Shown here: one piece after another, positions 34,691 through 48,183 of the stretch
Layout: each line of letters opens with the position of its first letter
Numbering within the stretch: the first letter of the stretch is position 1
From: Chrysomallon squamiferum
Lineage: Eukaryota > Animalia > Mollusca
Direction of reading: 5' to 3'
NCBI GenBank assembly: GCA_012295275.1
Contig: CM022672.1
Span: forward strand, 34,100,001 to 34,164,000
DNA: 64,000 nucleotides
Position numbers and translations under genes: made by a program
Notes under the pieces: generated by a model
Seen by the model: the letters and a program-made list of their open reading frames with translations, nothing else
Databases searched by the model: none
Told to the model about the DNA's origin: nothing

Positions 34691-36125
34691 GTCATCTGTT
34701 ACAAGTTATCTGCTCTTTGTTTTTGTTTTTTAAACTACAGAGGTTTATCGCACACTTTTTTCTTTATCACATCAAAAAGTAAAATGGCAAACTGCATGAT
34801 TTTTTTCAATTTTGTCATAAAACTGTCAAATACTAGCATCAACAAGACTGTTCTAATAAATAAACAAAATATTCTTTTGTTCTGGGTTTCATGTTAAACT
34901 GTGCAGCTTGAATCCTTGTAATTTTTAACTCTATAAGATTCAGTGGATGAACTTTATTTTTAAATCCTGCCAGTACCTATCAGAACTCAATTATTGGAAA
35001 ATTTAATAATTACTGATAACACACTGTAACATTTTTTAATATAATGTTTTCTAAACAAAAGAAATCAAAGTAAGACTTTACTATTTATGTTAATAATTAC
35101 TGCATACGCTAATTATAATGAAAATATTAAATAAGAATGATGAGTCATCCTTAAGAGACAACAAATCAAATGAGAAATGCAATTTTTAATAAAACAATAA
35201 ATTATAATTAATGACAACTTCTTTGTCAGCAGTCGTTTTATTTAACGTTTTGAGTTGATGATTAATTACACTACTAATTCAAGTAAAAAATAAAAAATTA
35301 TATAAATATTAATTATCTCCCTTGAGGCAAACACTTTATCTCTGTACTTTTTTCTGAGGCAATAATCGAGGATTTCCAAGATAATTTATTTCTAAAACAA
35401 AATATTTATGTTCCTTTTTGTACCATTTTTTTATGAATCACATGAATTAATGTCATATTCTTTCCCATTAGATGTTGTTTGAAATACACCTTTAACGTTT
35501 CCCTCTCCCCATCAAGTATTGTTTGAAATAAACCATCATGGTAAAACACTTTGTAATCTGGGAGTCAGTATGACAAAACTCAGATAAACACAAATCTGTA
35601 TTAAATTCAGCCAGAGACGATCATTTCTTCATTCACATCTGTGTACACTAAACTCAAAAAAAAAAACATCCTATAAAGAATAAAAATAAAAACAAGAAGA
35701 AGAAGAAGAAGTAAAAATATAACTCACATTATAGCATAATTATAAGTGTAGTCCATTATTCATATAAGTAATGTTTTTAATTATCACCCTTGAACCAAAC
35801 ACTTTCTGGAAACTCTGCAAATTCTCCAACCATTCAGTTCTCATATTTATAGTGGAGATATTTTATCGTCTGCTTACTCAGTACCATCAGAATACCTGAA
35901 GAACTTGGTCAAACAGCATGGTCAAGTGGTCAGTCTGGCCTTTTTCTGGTCAGCAAGAGCATGTTTATTCTGTAATGTAATAAATAAAATTAATTTACTA
36001 AAAATAACACTTTCATTCACTATAAAGAGAAACAAATTAGTATTTAAAAGTTGCCATTAGTAGTAAAATTACCAATTATTTACTCAGAATAAATATATTT
36101 CACACAGTTTAAATTGCTCCATGTT
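33409..36125. repeat. Direct duplication of ~1.2 kb (33409-34645 vs 34918-36125)
   Basis: Near-identical blocks both starting gtaatttttaactctataagattcagtgg. Confidence 0.93.
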
Positions 36126-36126
36126 A

Positions 36127-36470
36127 ACGGATCATCTTCGTGCCGTTTCTACCGCTTGAAGAACAACACGTGGTCGACTGCATTAAGCATGATTTGCACG
36201 TGAAGCGCGAGAAGCAAACGCGAGACACAATACAGCAAGTTATTAATGAATTAATTTTCACTGAGCAAGAAAACGGACGTCGTTATTCTGTTAATGGTTG
36301 CAAACGTGTTTCTGATAAAGTGACATATGTAACAAATTTTCAATAGCAATAGCCAATGAAACGGCTGGAAATAGGTCACATGATTTCACTCGACGTACTA
36401 AGTGATATTTCTTTCTTTCTTTCTTTCTTATATTTTCAATATTACATCGTGTTCATTTATTTTTAGATAT
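36127..36470 (+). pseudogene. 5'-truncated torsin fragment (last ~70 codons plus 3'UTR)
   Basis: RIIFVPFLPLEEQHVVDCIKHDL..GCKRVSDKV, nearly identical to 44492-44820 including UTR; upstream part absent. Confidence 0.9.
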
Positions 36471-36789
36471 ATATTATATTATTATTATTATTAGTGTTAT
36501 TATTATTATGTCATCTTTTTTCAATTTCATGATAAAACTGTTAAATACTACCATCAACAAGAGTGTTCTGATAAATAAACAAAATAATCTTTTAGATGAA
36601 TAAAAAAAATCAGTTAATTTATTTGTCCATTCTACAACAACATTCGACAACCTTCGTATCCTCGCTCGACAATCACAAAACTGATTTGTTTCTCCAGCAT
36701 CGTAAAAATACACGCTTGTATCTTTAATTGTGTACCTACATTAGATTGAACTCATATAAATATGTTTCTGATACCTATCGTTTATTATC

Positions 36790-36910
36790 ATAAAAGTGTC
36801 TCTGTCTAGTAAGTTGCTACTGTTTTTGATTAGCATTACCATCCCACAGACAGGGCAGTACATACCAGTCATGCTGAACTGGTTGGAACAAGAAATGGTC
36901 CAGTGGACCC
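36790..36910 (-). mobile_element. Degraded SINE fragment, Meta/MESC-like central domain
   Basis: Minus strand ggtatgtactgccctgtctgtgggatggt...gctaatcaaaaacagtagc resembles, from memory, the conserved core of MetaSINE/mollusc MESC SINEs. Confidence 0.45.
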
Positions 36911-37144
36911 ACAGAAAATTAAAAAACAAAAGACTGTGTGTGTTGTGTGTATGTGTTGTGTGTGTGTGTTGTGTGTGTGTTTGTGTGTGTTGTATGTGTG
37001 TTGTGTGTGTTGTGTGAGTGTGTGTGTGTGTTCGTGTATATAAGATACCCATAACCAAAACTGGTTGTGAGGTGAATTCAGACTAAACAGTGGGCGATCT
37101 ACTGAATATGTTCACCTATTACAAATATTCTTGACAATGCAGCT

Positions 37145-37340
37145 TTACATTTTCGGTTGATTTTCGTTGGAAATTTTTATATCGTGGATGTAGCCTTGCG
37201 TAAAATAATTTAAATCTTTCTTTTGTGCTTTTCTGGAAAGGCCCAAGCTCTGATGAAAATAGGAAGCCGACACATCATCTGCAGTGCATTTTAGATCGGG
37301 TATGCAGTCTGCTACCGATACCGCCATTTTGGATGTTAGC
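37145..37340 (-). mobile_element. Decayed transposon-like coding fragment
   Basis: AAAATGGCGG start context; KKDLNYFTQGYIHDI resembles the segment preceding SWIM fingers in Harbinger/ISL2EU accessory proteins; early stop. Confidence 0.3.
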
Positions 37341-38121
37341 TTGTGGGGCTTAGTAACAGTAACAAGGGGGCGTGGCTTAATGAGTAATTGTGCAAAAACC
37401 TGTTTGCTGCGTTTACTTGGTATTCTGTTACGTCATGGGGAAAACCCAAACACCCAGAACGTTTAAACTGCACTTTTGTACAGATAATGCTTTTTAAACT
37501 GTGTGTGTGCGCATGCGTGCGATTAGCAGACTGATCTGTATTATTAGATAGTAATTAATTTCATTCAAGTACTTGCATAAAGAGAAGTCTGTATAAATGT
37601 GTGTGTGTATGTATATACAAATTTCACACTATGTAAATGTGAAATAAATATCTACACACGTGTGTGTGTATGAATGTACGTGTATGTGCGTATGTGTGTC
37701 TGTGTATGTGTGTATGTGTGTGTGATATTTTACAAAATGAAATAGAAAAGTGTTGTATTTCGTAGTGATTATTATTGTTGTTTTAATAAATAGGTCTTAG
37801 ATAATCACAGCGACAGAAAACAAAATGTTTCGTACAAAACAAAAATATCAAAAATGTTTATTTTATACAGTTGATTGTATTGATCCAGAAAGAAAATTTG
37901 AACAAAATCAAAATGACGCAACACCTGGCGATTGTGATTCTAAAATGTAAACAAATATATTGTTTCTAGTATTTGATTTTTTAATTTTTTTAATTTTTAT
38001 TATTTTATTTTATTTATTTTATTTTATTTTTTTTATTTTTTTTTTAATGCATGTTTGTATAAAAGTACTTCATTTTCAACCGAACTTTGTCAGGAAATCA
38101 GCTGAAAAAGAAATATTTAGT

Positions 38122-38940
38122 TTAAAAAATAATTCGTTTCCGGAGAGTCGACTTCAGTATAGGAATTTGTTTCGGATCAGTAACTTCATTCATTTCGTTT
38201 GTCACCATGGTGATTATATCGAGAAGACTGACTCGAGGATTGTTGTCGAGTACTTCAATCAGTGTAGAAATAAAACGAGATCCTGTCGTCTGTCTGTAGG
38301 CGAGGTTTCCAGGAGTCGTAGCGAAAACCGTCAGAAAGTCCGCCGACTCGTGAACAGGATATTCTGTTCTGACGTCACAGCAGAATCCGTGATCTATTTC
38401 CACAGCAACGTCTTGCGCCGGTCGACTTCCCTGGCAAGCTTGAACGAAAAATAGTTTTGGTTTGTCGGCTAAAGACCGACATTGTCTATTGCAGAAAAAA
38501 GTCTGTATTTCATTTACTGATACAAGCTTGCCATTACTTCCATACACTGACCTGTGCTCTCCATGTGAAAGTATGAAGCAGACGAAACAGTCGTAGTTAC
38601 GATGATCCAGAGAAGATATTCCTTTTAGTTCTTCCAGCATATCCGAATCCGTCTGGTTTTCAAAGATTCTCACTTCAAAATGACGTCGTCTGAAAAAGTC
38701 TTCCACTTTGTTTTTATCTTCGTCTGTGCCATCGCGTCGACTTAGTCGTTCATCAGTAAAATCTCGGTTGTTGATGATCACACAAATTCCTCTGGGTTCG
38801 GCGTCCATTTTGTTACCGACTGTTTCTTCAGTTTTGGCGTCCATTTTGTACAAGTCTGTCTCTTTCTTCGTAAAATGTTCGACTTCAGCGTCTTGAAAAT
38901 ATTCCACTTCATGGGAATTCAGCTTGTGTGTTTTCTTCAT
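38122..38940 (-). CDS. Caspase (QACQG), copy 2, intact single-exon ORF, 272 aa
   Basis: YKMDA..PRGICVIINN, ILSHG, KPKLFFVQACQG, ADFL, QIP..STLRK motifs; near-identical to 343-1041 over the catalytic domain. Confidence 0.93.
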   Translation of the reverse strand: MKKTHKLNSHEVEYFQDAEVEHFTKKETDLYKMDAKTEETVGNKMDAEPRGICVIINNRDFTDERLSRRDGTDEDKNKVEDFFRRRHFEVRIFENQTDSDMLEELKGISSLDHRNYDCFVCFILSHGEHRSVYGSNGKLVSVNEIQTFFCNRQCRSLADKPKLFFVQACQGSRPAQDVAVEIDHGFCCDVRTEYPVHESADFLTVFATTPGNLAYRQTTGSRFISTLIEVLDNNPRVSLLDIITMVTNEMNEVTDPKQIPILKSTLRKRIIF

Positions 38941-40055
38941 TTTTCTTCTTATATTTTGCTTGCTTTTTTATTTTATTTATTTATTTATTTTTAATAGACG
39001 ATTATTAATACAGAATACAATTCCGGAAACAATTAATCTCTTTAACGAAGTCAATTTAATTTTAAACTTCTCGATGTGGTGCTCAGTAATTATCTGGCGG
39101 TTATACAATTAAGTAATAATCTTAAGATGTTTGTGGTATATATTTTCGCATTATATCAGCTTGGGTGTAATTTAATCACGTTTAATCATCTGATAACTGA
39201 TAACCGAGAGGTATGACACATACATACAATTATTCTTAACATGTAAACATCTGTTGTATGACTTGGAATTCTGCCTTTATGGTTTCGTACTTGAATTTCT
39301 TTGGTGATTTAAACCCAGACGATTCGTATAAAATAGGATCTACACAGCATAGAGGAGAACAAGAAAAAAATAGAATAAAATCTTTAGAAAAGTATGCACT
39401 GTTTTCGAGGAGTGTGTATTAGTCTTTGTATATATGTGTGTGTACGTGAGTGTGTCTTTGTGTATATGTTTGAGTGTGTGTTAGCGTGTGTGTTTGTTTT
39501 GTGTGGTGTGTGTAGGTATGTGTGTGCTTTTGTACATGTGTATGTTTTTGGGTGTGTTTTGTGTCTTTGTGTTTGTGTTATGTGTTTGTTATGTGTTTGT
39601 GTGTGTGTGTGTGTGTTTGTCTTCGTGTGCTAGACAAAACCAAGTTACACTGATATACTGCTTTCATGAATCGAGAGATTTGTGTTGACAAATTCTTCAC
39701 ATTAATTATTATTCACGAGTGGACTGCGACAAAATACGAATATGGCGCCGCATTCGCTTTGACATTTGTGACACTGACTACAGTGCAAGGCCGTTGACTT
39801 ACTCTCATGTTTATATATATATATATGTAATTATGTAACTCAATAGCAAAATGACAATGGCATTGAATCTGAGTACAAAAGTATCTGACAGTGAAGAGAT
39901 ACATTCACACTGAGGCTTGCACGGCAAACACAATTAATGTCACGATTTACGTAGAAGTTGTTTGAAATTTATTTTTTAGATGTCGCTGGCGAAATATAAA
40001 ATTCATTAGTATTCATATACGAACGAAACATGAAATACTTTACAACAAAGCCCTG

Positions 40056-41915
40056 CCATACTACAAATATCACTACCATATTACCATACTAAAAATATCA
40101 CTACCATATTACCATACTACAAAATATCACTACCATATTACCATACTACAAATATATCACTACCATATTACCATACTACAAATATATCACTACCATATTA
40201 CCATACTACAAATATCACTACCATATTACCATACTACAAATATCACTACCATATTACCATACTACAAATATCACTACCATATTACCATACTACAAAATAC
40301 CATATTACAAATATCACTACCATATTACCATACTACAAATATCACTACCATACTACAAAAATATCACTACCATATTACCATACTACAAATATATCACTAC
40401 CATATTACCATACTACAAATATATGAGTAACCATATTACCATACTACAAATATATGAGTAACCATATTACCATACTACAAATATATGAGTAACCATATTA
40501 CGAGTAACCATATTACCATACTACAAATATATGAGTAACCATATTACCATACTACAAATATACAAATATAACCATACAAATTACCATATACTACAAATAT
40601 ATCACTACCATATTACCATACTACAAAATATCACTACCATATTACCATACTACAAATATATCACTACCATATTACCATACTACAAATATATCACTACCAT
40701 ATTACCATACTCCAAATATCACTACCATATTACCATACTACAAATATCACTACCATATTACCATACTCCAAATATCACTACCATATTACCATACTACAAA
40801 TATCACTACCATATTACCATACTACAAATATCACTACCATACTACAAATATCACTACCATATTACCATACTACAAATATATCACTACCATATTACCATAC
40901 TACAAATATATGAGTAACCATATTACCATACTACAAATATATGAGTAACCATATTACCATACTACAAATATCACTACCATACTACCATACTACCAATATA
41001 TGAGTAACCATATTACCATACTACAAATATATGAGTAACCATATTACCATACTACAAATATATGAGTAACCATATTACCATACTACAAATATATGAGTAA
41101 CCATATTACCATACTACAAATATCACTACCATATTACCATACTACAAATATATGAGTAACCATACTACCATACTACATATTAACCATCTACCATATATAT
41201 ACAAAATAACCATATTACCATATACAAAATACAAATATATGACCATAACCATACTACCATACCATACTACAAATATATCACTACCATATTACCATACTAC
41301 AAATATATGATACTACAAACCATATTACCATATTACCATACTACAAAATATATGATTACCATAACCATATTACCATACTACAAATATCACTACCATACCA
41401 TACTACCATACTACCAATATATGAGTAACCATATTACCATACTACAAATATATGAGTAACCATATTACCATACTACAAATATATAGTAACCATATTACCA
41501 TACTACAAATATACCATAATAGTAACCATATTACCATACTACAAAATATCACTAACCATATTACCATACTACAAATATATGAGTAACCATACTACCATAC
41601 TACAAATATATGAGTAACCATATTAGTAACCATATACTACCACCATACTACAAATATATGAGTAACCATACTACCATACTACAAAAATATATACCATACC
41701 ATATATCACTACCATATTACCATACTACAAATATCACTACCATATTACCATACTACAAATATATGAGTAACCATACTACCATACTACAAATATATGAGTA
41801 ACCATATTACCATACTACAAATATATGAGTAACCATACTACCATACTACAAATATATGAGTAACCATACTACCATACTACAAATATATGAGTAACCATAC
41901 TACCATACTACAAAG
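40056..41915. repeat. Satellite, ~27-29-bp unit CCATACTACAAATAT(AT)CACTACCATATTA with GAGTAA variant
   Basis: About 1.85 kb of tandem units. Confidence 0.97.
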
Positions 41916-42137
41916 ATTGTACCGAACACAAACATATTATAAAGCTTTAACCTGCCTAGTGAAAGTACGTCATTATAATTATAATACCAATGGTCGCTAT
42001 TGTGTAAATATTAATATGGCTCATCTATCGTCAAAATCTATTAATGTTAATTTTTGTTACGCCTAATTTTAATGGGAATAACTTTGTCAGAAATCGAGTA
42101 TCAATTCATGGAATTGAACTGAAAAACGCAACGAAAA

Positions 42138-42402
42138 TCACGTGACCTTTGCAAACAGTGACTCGTGGGGTTAAGTAGCGAAAATGGCGGCGAGAAATCT
42201 CTCTCGTCTGGTGTGCATTCGCACTTATACGTTTCAGCTGAGCTACAGCGTCTTAGGCACTTTCAGAATAAATATAACACATTATCAATAAAATCCGGAA
42301 ACAGAACTTCCCTAGTTTCGGTTTCAAGAGAGATGTCGGATGATCGTACTTAAACAGACAAATTTTAAGTGTTTTTCTTTAACTTTAACCTTCATTATTT
42401 AG
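42138..42402 (+). promoter_or_regulatory. Putative torsin promoter and non-coding first exon
   Basis: Locally GC/CpG-richer; TCACGTGA E-box, AAAATGGCGGC YY1-like motif, and AG|GTAAGT donor near 42402 that could splice to the 43786 acceptor. Confidence 0.45.
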
Positions 42403-42654
42403 GTAAGTTATTTTCCTATTTGTTATTAACCTGTAGGTTCGTGAATAACAACATACGCAGGTAACATAATCAATACAATTACAGATAAAAATGTAAGTAG
42501 GTCACCGTAATGATCATTGTCAGTAATTTCTAATAATTATTACTAAAAGAATAATACTAATACAATTAAAATGGATACAAAGATATAAAAACACAATTTT
42601 ACGCCCCAGCGGCATCTGTTTATTGCAAGTCTTTATGTAATTATAATTATTATT

Positions 42655-43260
42655 GAAAAGTGACAGTGACAATGTAGCTCAGTATAAATTTGAAAATTCA
42701 GTAGGAAAAAGTGACAGTGACAATGTAGCTCAGTATAAATTTGAAAATTCGGTAGGAAAAATAACAGTGACAATGTAGCTCAGTATAAAAGTGAAAATTC
42801 AGTAGGAAACGTGACAGTGACAATGTAGCTCAGTATAAATTTGAAAATTCGGTAGGAAAAAGTGACAGTGACAATGTAGCTCGATATAAAAAGTGAAAAT
42901 TCAGTAGGAAACGTGACAGTGATAATCAGTAGGAAAAATAACAGTGACAATGTAGCTCAGTATAAAAGTGAAAATTCAGTAGGAAAAGTAACAGTGACAA
43001 TGTAGCTCAGTATAAAAGTGAAAATTCAGTAGGAAACGTGACAGTGATAATCAGTAGGAAAAATAACAGTGACAATGTAGCTCAGTATAAAAGTGAAAAT
43101 TCAGTAGGAAACGTGACAGTGATAATCAGTAGGAAAAATAACAGTGACAATGTAGCTCAGTATAAAAGTGCCAATCAGTAGGAAAAATAACAGTGACTAT
43201 GTAGCTCAGTATAAAAGTGCCAATCAGTAGGAAAAATAACAGTGACAATGTAGCTCGATA
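42655..43260. repeat. Minisatellite (GTGACAGTGACAATGTAGCTCAGTATAAA..TCAGTAGGAAA); same family as 4805-4990 and, inverted, 5613-5880
   Basis: Visible tandem units. Confidence 0.9.
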
Positions 43261-43847
43261 TAAAAATGTCGGTGACTCTAATTCAGTTTGAAAATGATCG
43301 TATGTTGTTTTACTTTACTAGTAATAATTGTTGTGCAGTACTATTTTTACACGTTGTTTTCTCATAGGCCTGTTATTAATTTAACATAAAGTAAATTTGT
43401 GTATTGTAAATGTTAATATTGTTAACACTATTAAATCATACAGTTTATCCAGAATTTAGATCCATGAGAGATAAGTGAAGAAAATATGTTCAGTGGTATA
43501 AAATTATATACAGGATGTAACTGTAAACATCTCTAACCGATGCATATTTGCTTTCGTGTGTCTGTATGTATATGTGTGTATCTGTGTGTGCTTGCGTGTA
43601 TATGTGTGTGTGTGTGTGCGTTTCAATTCGGCGATTTGTTGACTGATGATAGGATCAACATTTTTCATATTTAATTATAATTTAAATCAATGAATTTATA
43701 ATTTCCTGAATGTATTTTTTAATTTGTATGCTTATAAATTAGGTATTTTTAAAACTAACTAATTAATTAATACTACTTTTCAACAGGTGTTTTATTCAAA
43801 CGAAATCTCAACACGAGAGGATATTCTTAAGTCTGAGTTAACCAAAC

Positions 43848-44711
43848 ATGTTTCTAACTATAACTTCTGTTATTCTTGTCGCTGGAATTGCTTACGTTTT
43901 ATTCCCAAGACCTTGCACTTTTGAATTCAATTTCTTTAGACTGCTAGAAAACATTTCCGTACATGTATATGGACAGCATATTGCTTGTGATATTGTTCCG
44001 AAGGAGATCTCCAGATATTTTGACAGGCATCAGACATATTTCGAGCCTCTAATTCTTTCATTCCATGGCTCATATGGAGTTGGTAAAAATTACATGTCAA
44101 AGTTCATCGTCGACTTCTTCCCATGCAAAACAGAACTGATTTTCACAGCTGAGACAGATGCAACGTACAGAGAACTAACAGGCGACTACGCCAGCAACGT
44201 AAAGCGACGAATTATGTCGACAGTTGCCGAATGTCACGTTAACATCGTCATTCTGGATGAAGTGGAACGTTTTTCGGACGCCGTGATGGAAGAAATCCTA
44301 AAATATCTCGATTATTTTTCGAACAAGAAAAACGTTCCTATTATTGTGCTGTTGCTTGGAAATAGCAGGTCGCTGCACATAAATAATGTTGTTTTCACAA
44401 CAAAATTACCGAGAAGAAGATTGTCACGAATTGATTTCGAATTCTCTAAAACGGACAACGAGTGGTATGCTAAATTTATCAGGCGAAAAAGACGGATCGT
44501 CTTCGTGCCGTTTCTACCGCTTGAAGAGGAACACGTGGTCGACTGCATTAAGCATGATTTGCTCGTGAAGCGCGAGAAGCAAACGCAAGACACAATACAG
44601 CAAGTTATTAATGAATTAATTTTCACTGAGCAAGAAAACGGACGTCGTTATTCTGTTTATGGTTGCAAACGTGTTTCTGATAAAGTGGATTTTGTACGAA
44701 CTCACCAATGA
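43848..44711 (+). CDS. Torsin-family AAA+ ATPase, single coding exon, 287 aa
   Basis: Hydrophobic N-terminus, VYGQHIA, PLILSFHGSYGVGKNY (torsin Walker A GKN), ILDEVE (Walker B), FVPFLPLE..HV..CI, YS..GCKRV. Acceptor at about 43786 implies a 5'UTR intron. Confidence 0.92.
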   Translation: MFLTITSVILVAGIAYVLFPRPCTFEFNFFRLLENISVHVYGQHIACDIVPKEISRYFDRHQTYFEPLILSFHGSYGVGKNYMSKFIVDFFPCKTELIFTAETDATYRELTGDYASNVKRRIMSTVAECHVNIVILDEVERFSDAVMEEILKYLDYFSNKKNVPIIVLLLGNSRSLHINNVVFTTKLPRRRLSRIDFEFSKTDNEWYAKFIRRKRRIVFVPFLPLEEEHVVDCIKHDLLVKREKQTQDTIQQVINELIFTEQENGRRYSVYGCKRVSDKVDFVRTHQ

Positions 44712-44816
44712 AACTGCTGGAAATAGGTCACATGATTTCACTCGACGTACTTAGTGATATTTCTTTTTCTTTCTTTCTTATATTTTCAATAATACATCGT
44801 GTTCATTTATTTTTAG

Positions 44817-44855
<39 letters not shown>

Positions 44856-45454
44856 TTTTTTTATTTATTTTTTTTTTTTTAAATATTCTTCCAGCAGTAT
44901 AACATTCTTCCAGTATAACAAAGGGAAGCTATCGAAATATAATCTAAAATTAGTTTAAATTATAAATAGTTATATCTGAAACTTCATAAGAATATATAAT
45001 GGGATTTTTTTTTCATTTAAAATAGAGAAAAACAGCCTGAATAATACAGCTTTTCTTGATTACTTTTTTTTGCAAATGCGTGCATAATAAAGTTAGATTA
45101 TAATTTGTTAAAGATTAATGTATTAACTTTTTTAGTTGGCAATGTTCAACAACAGAAAAGAACATTAAGGTGTAGTTTGTACCCATTAAAGCCGTTGACG
45201 AAATTTGTGCCTTTACGAGTTATCGTTCCTTTTGGTCCTTGCTACTCCCAGTTTATTTTTATTTATTTGTTGTTGTTTTTTTAATTGTAAAATCGATTTT
45301 ACATTTTCTACAAAGAGTTTGACAAATTAAAATTATTTTAAAAATAAAATTCCTACATAACTGTGGCGAAAATAAGAACGTAATTAATTTTCCTTTATTT
45401 CGTATGTCATGTTAATTATCAGTTGTCGAAACTAAATATATATTTATCTGTTGT

Positions 45455-45492
<38 letters not shown>

Positions 45493-45867
45493 CGGCCTTT
45501 CTCCACCTCCACACTTTTTAAGAAAAATTAACAAGTCATTTCATAATTACAATAGAAATAATATATTTTGTAATAAGAATAAGTAATAACCACAGAAAAT
45601 AGTAGTAGTAGTAGTAATAGTAGTAGTAGTAGTAGCAGTAGTAGTAGCAGTAGTAAGCATTAGAATAAGATCACCGATTAAATACTATTTCAGTGTTATG
45701 AATAAGACATTACCTTGATCACCCGCACCAACAACAGCAACAACAGCAATAATAATAATAAAAATAAACCACAAATACAAACTTCTCACAAGAATAAGAC
45801 AGCAACAACAATCAGAAAATGCAGAAAAAATCAAAACAGTAACGACGTCAAAGAAGACAACAAGACA

Positions 45868-45909
<42 letters not shown>

Positions 45910-46999
45910 TTAAAAAAGCTGATTATTTGTTTCCAGTACCAGTTCAAAAATAAGATATTATTTGGAAATAATATCATATTTATTTTTGTTAGTATAACAC
46001 TAAAATAATAAATCTGCATTAAGTTTGTGTTGAATTGTTCTAGATGTTGCTGTTTTGAAATGAAAGTAGTGGTTATAAAAATTATTAATTTAAAAAATAA
46101 ATTATAGGCCATCAACAAAAAAAGACTCATCAATATAAAACTGTTTTTAAAGTTTCAGATATCGCTGTATCGCTTTGACGTAGTGATCAGTTTATGTGTT
46201 TATGGAGACTCAGCCTTTGTTGTAATTTTGTTAACGTAAAAGAGAGTTATTTCGCTTATGTCGTGTTTAATGCAGTATTTGATCCAGGCAAAGCTATTGT
46301 TAACATTCGTGAAATGATGTAAATGTATTTAGTGTTAGTGAAGTTATCGTATATTATAATCAGCACGTGTCTCTTTATTATTACTATTTCTTTTCTTTTT
46401 TTTAAATAAAAATATTAAATTACTGTATTATTTCTTGTTTGTATTTATTATTTTATTTATTCACTAGGCAGTTCAAACAATAATACGAAATAGTCATATT
46501 TTTTTAAAATGTATATAAATTTCATAAAAAAAGACATCGTAAATAAAATATATATATATAATATCAAGATTTTTTAGAAAATAGATAAACAACCTTTTGT
46601 TGGTTTTTAATGTATATTAAGGTTTATAAAATAAGAAAAACATTGAAATATGGAATTTTATATGTTTTATATCATGGTGTTTCTTTCTTTGCTTTTTGAA
46701 AATTAAGAAAAGATATAAGTTTCAAAGGTAAGATAATTGTAAATATTTAAATATATCAATATATAATAATAAATACTTTTTTAAAAAATATGGTAAAAAC
46801 ATTAACTGCATTGTTTCCTTTCAACACTCACACAAAAACATTCACACACACTAAATTCTCAGTTTTATACACATGACGCACACATTTCATTTGCGAGACA
46901 GAAAACACTTTATTTTATCGCACAAGTCAAAGAGAGAAGATATTTATAAATCCTATTTAAACTCTCAATATAAAATAACAAAATGTTTTATTTTTACTA

Positions 47000-47605
47000 A
47001 CAAGATGTCTAAAATTCTAGTAACAGAATGTTTGTTTACACAGCAACGAAGTATCTATATTTACATTCCAGTAACAGAATGTTTGTTTTTACATCATCGA
47101 AGTACCTATATTTACATCACAGTAACAAAATGTCTATATTTATATCACAGTAACAAAATGTCTATATTTTTAGTTTAAAATGTCTATATTTAAATTCTAG
47201 TAACAGAATGTCTTTTAAACATCAACGAAGTGTCTATATTTACATCACAGTAACAAAATGTCTATATTTATATCACAGTAACAAAATGTCTATATTTTTA
47301 TCACGTAGCAAAATGTCTATATTTACATTCTAGTAACAGAATGTCTGTTTTTACATCAACAAAGTGTCTATATTTACATCACAGTAACAAAATGTCTATA
47401 TTTATATCACAGTAACAAAATGTCTATATTTTTATCACGTAGCAAAATGTCTATATTTACATTATAGTAACGGAATGTCTGTTTTTACAGCAACGAAATG
47501 TCTGTTTTTACAGCAACGAAGTGTTTATATTTACATCACATTAGCTAAATGTCTATATTTACATCACAGTAGAACAATGTCTATATTTACATCTCATTAG
47601 CAAAA
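47000..47605. repeat. Compound minisatellite (AAATGTCTATATTTACATCACAGTAAC)
   Basis: Visible tandem units. Confidence 0.9.
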
Positions 47606-48183
47606 CATATAAGACTGAAATGTCATGTACTACTGACTGCTTAAGTTATTAATAATGTGACATTAGAAACACAAAGACAGTTTCATATTATTATTTTAAA
47701 TTGTTAATTTATATATAAACCTCTGTCAGCTGAACAGGACAATGTTGAAATGTGTGGTTTGGAAAGCTGCTTTCTGTGCCGCTGATTTAGATTTTAAAAT
47801 CATTTTACGAACTGTTCCGATTTGACGGAATATTCAAGTTTATTGAGGGTCCAGATGTGGAAAATTTCTCTTCATGTACAAAACATAGGTAGAGCTGAAA
47901 TGACGTCTGTCAAAAAAACTGAAGACATTTATAACTAAATGCATTAAAAAACTGAAGACATTTATTACTAAATTTATCAACTGGAAGACGATTTCTTTTC
48001 TACACTATTATTATTTTTTATTTTTTATTCTTTTTCTTTTTTATTTTATTCTGCAGAATTTAAAAATGTGCTACGTTTATGACGTCACGATGATGAGAAG
48101 TGTAGTCAGAAATGACATCGATAAAAAAAAAAAAAGATTATCACACTGCAGGCATTTATTACTAGATCTGTCAAATGAAAGGC

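Noticed and set aside
40531-41801. Tyr/His/Ile repetitive ORFs
   Set aside because: Satellite translations.
47715-47910. Possible replacement last exon for Hint copy 2
   Set aside because: No similarity to GLYAPLT/SCYA, and early stops in the frames checked.
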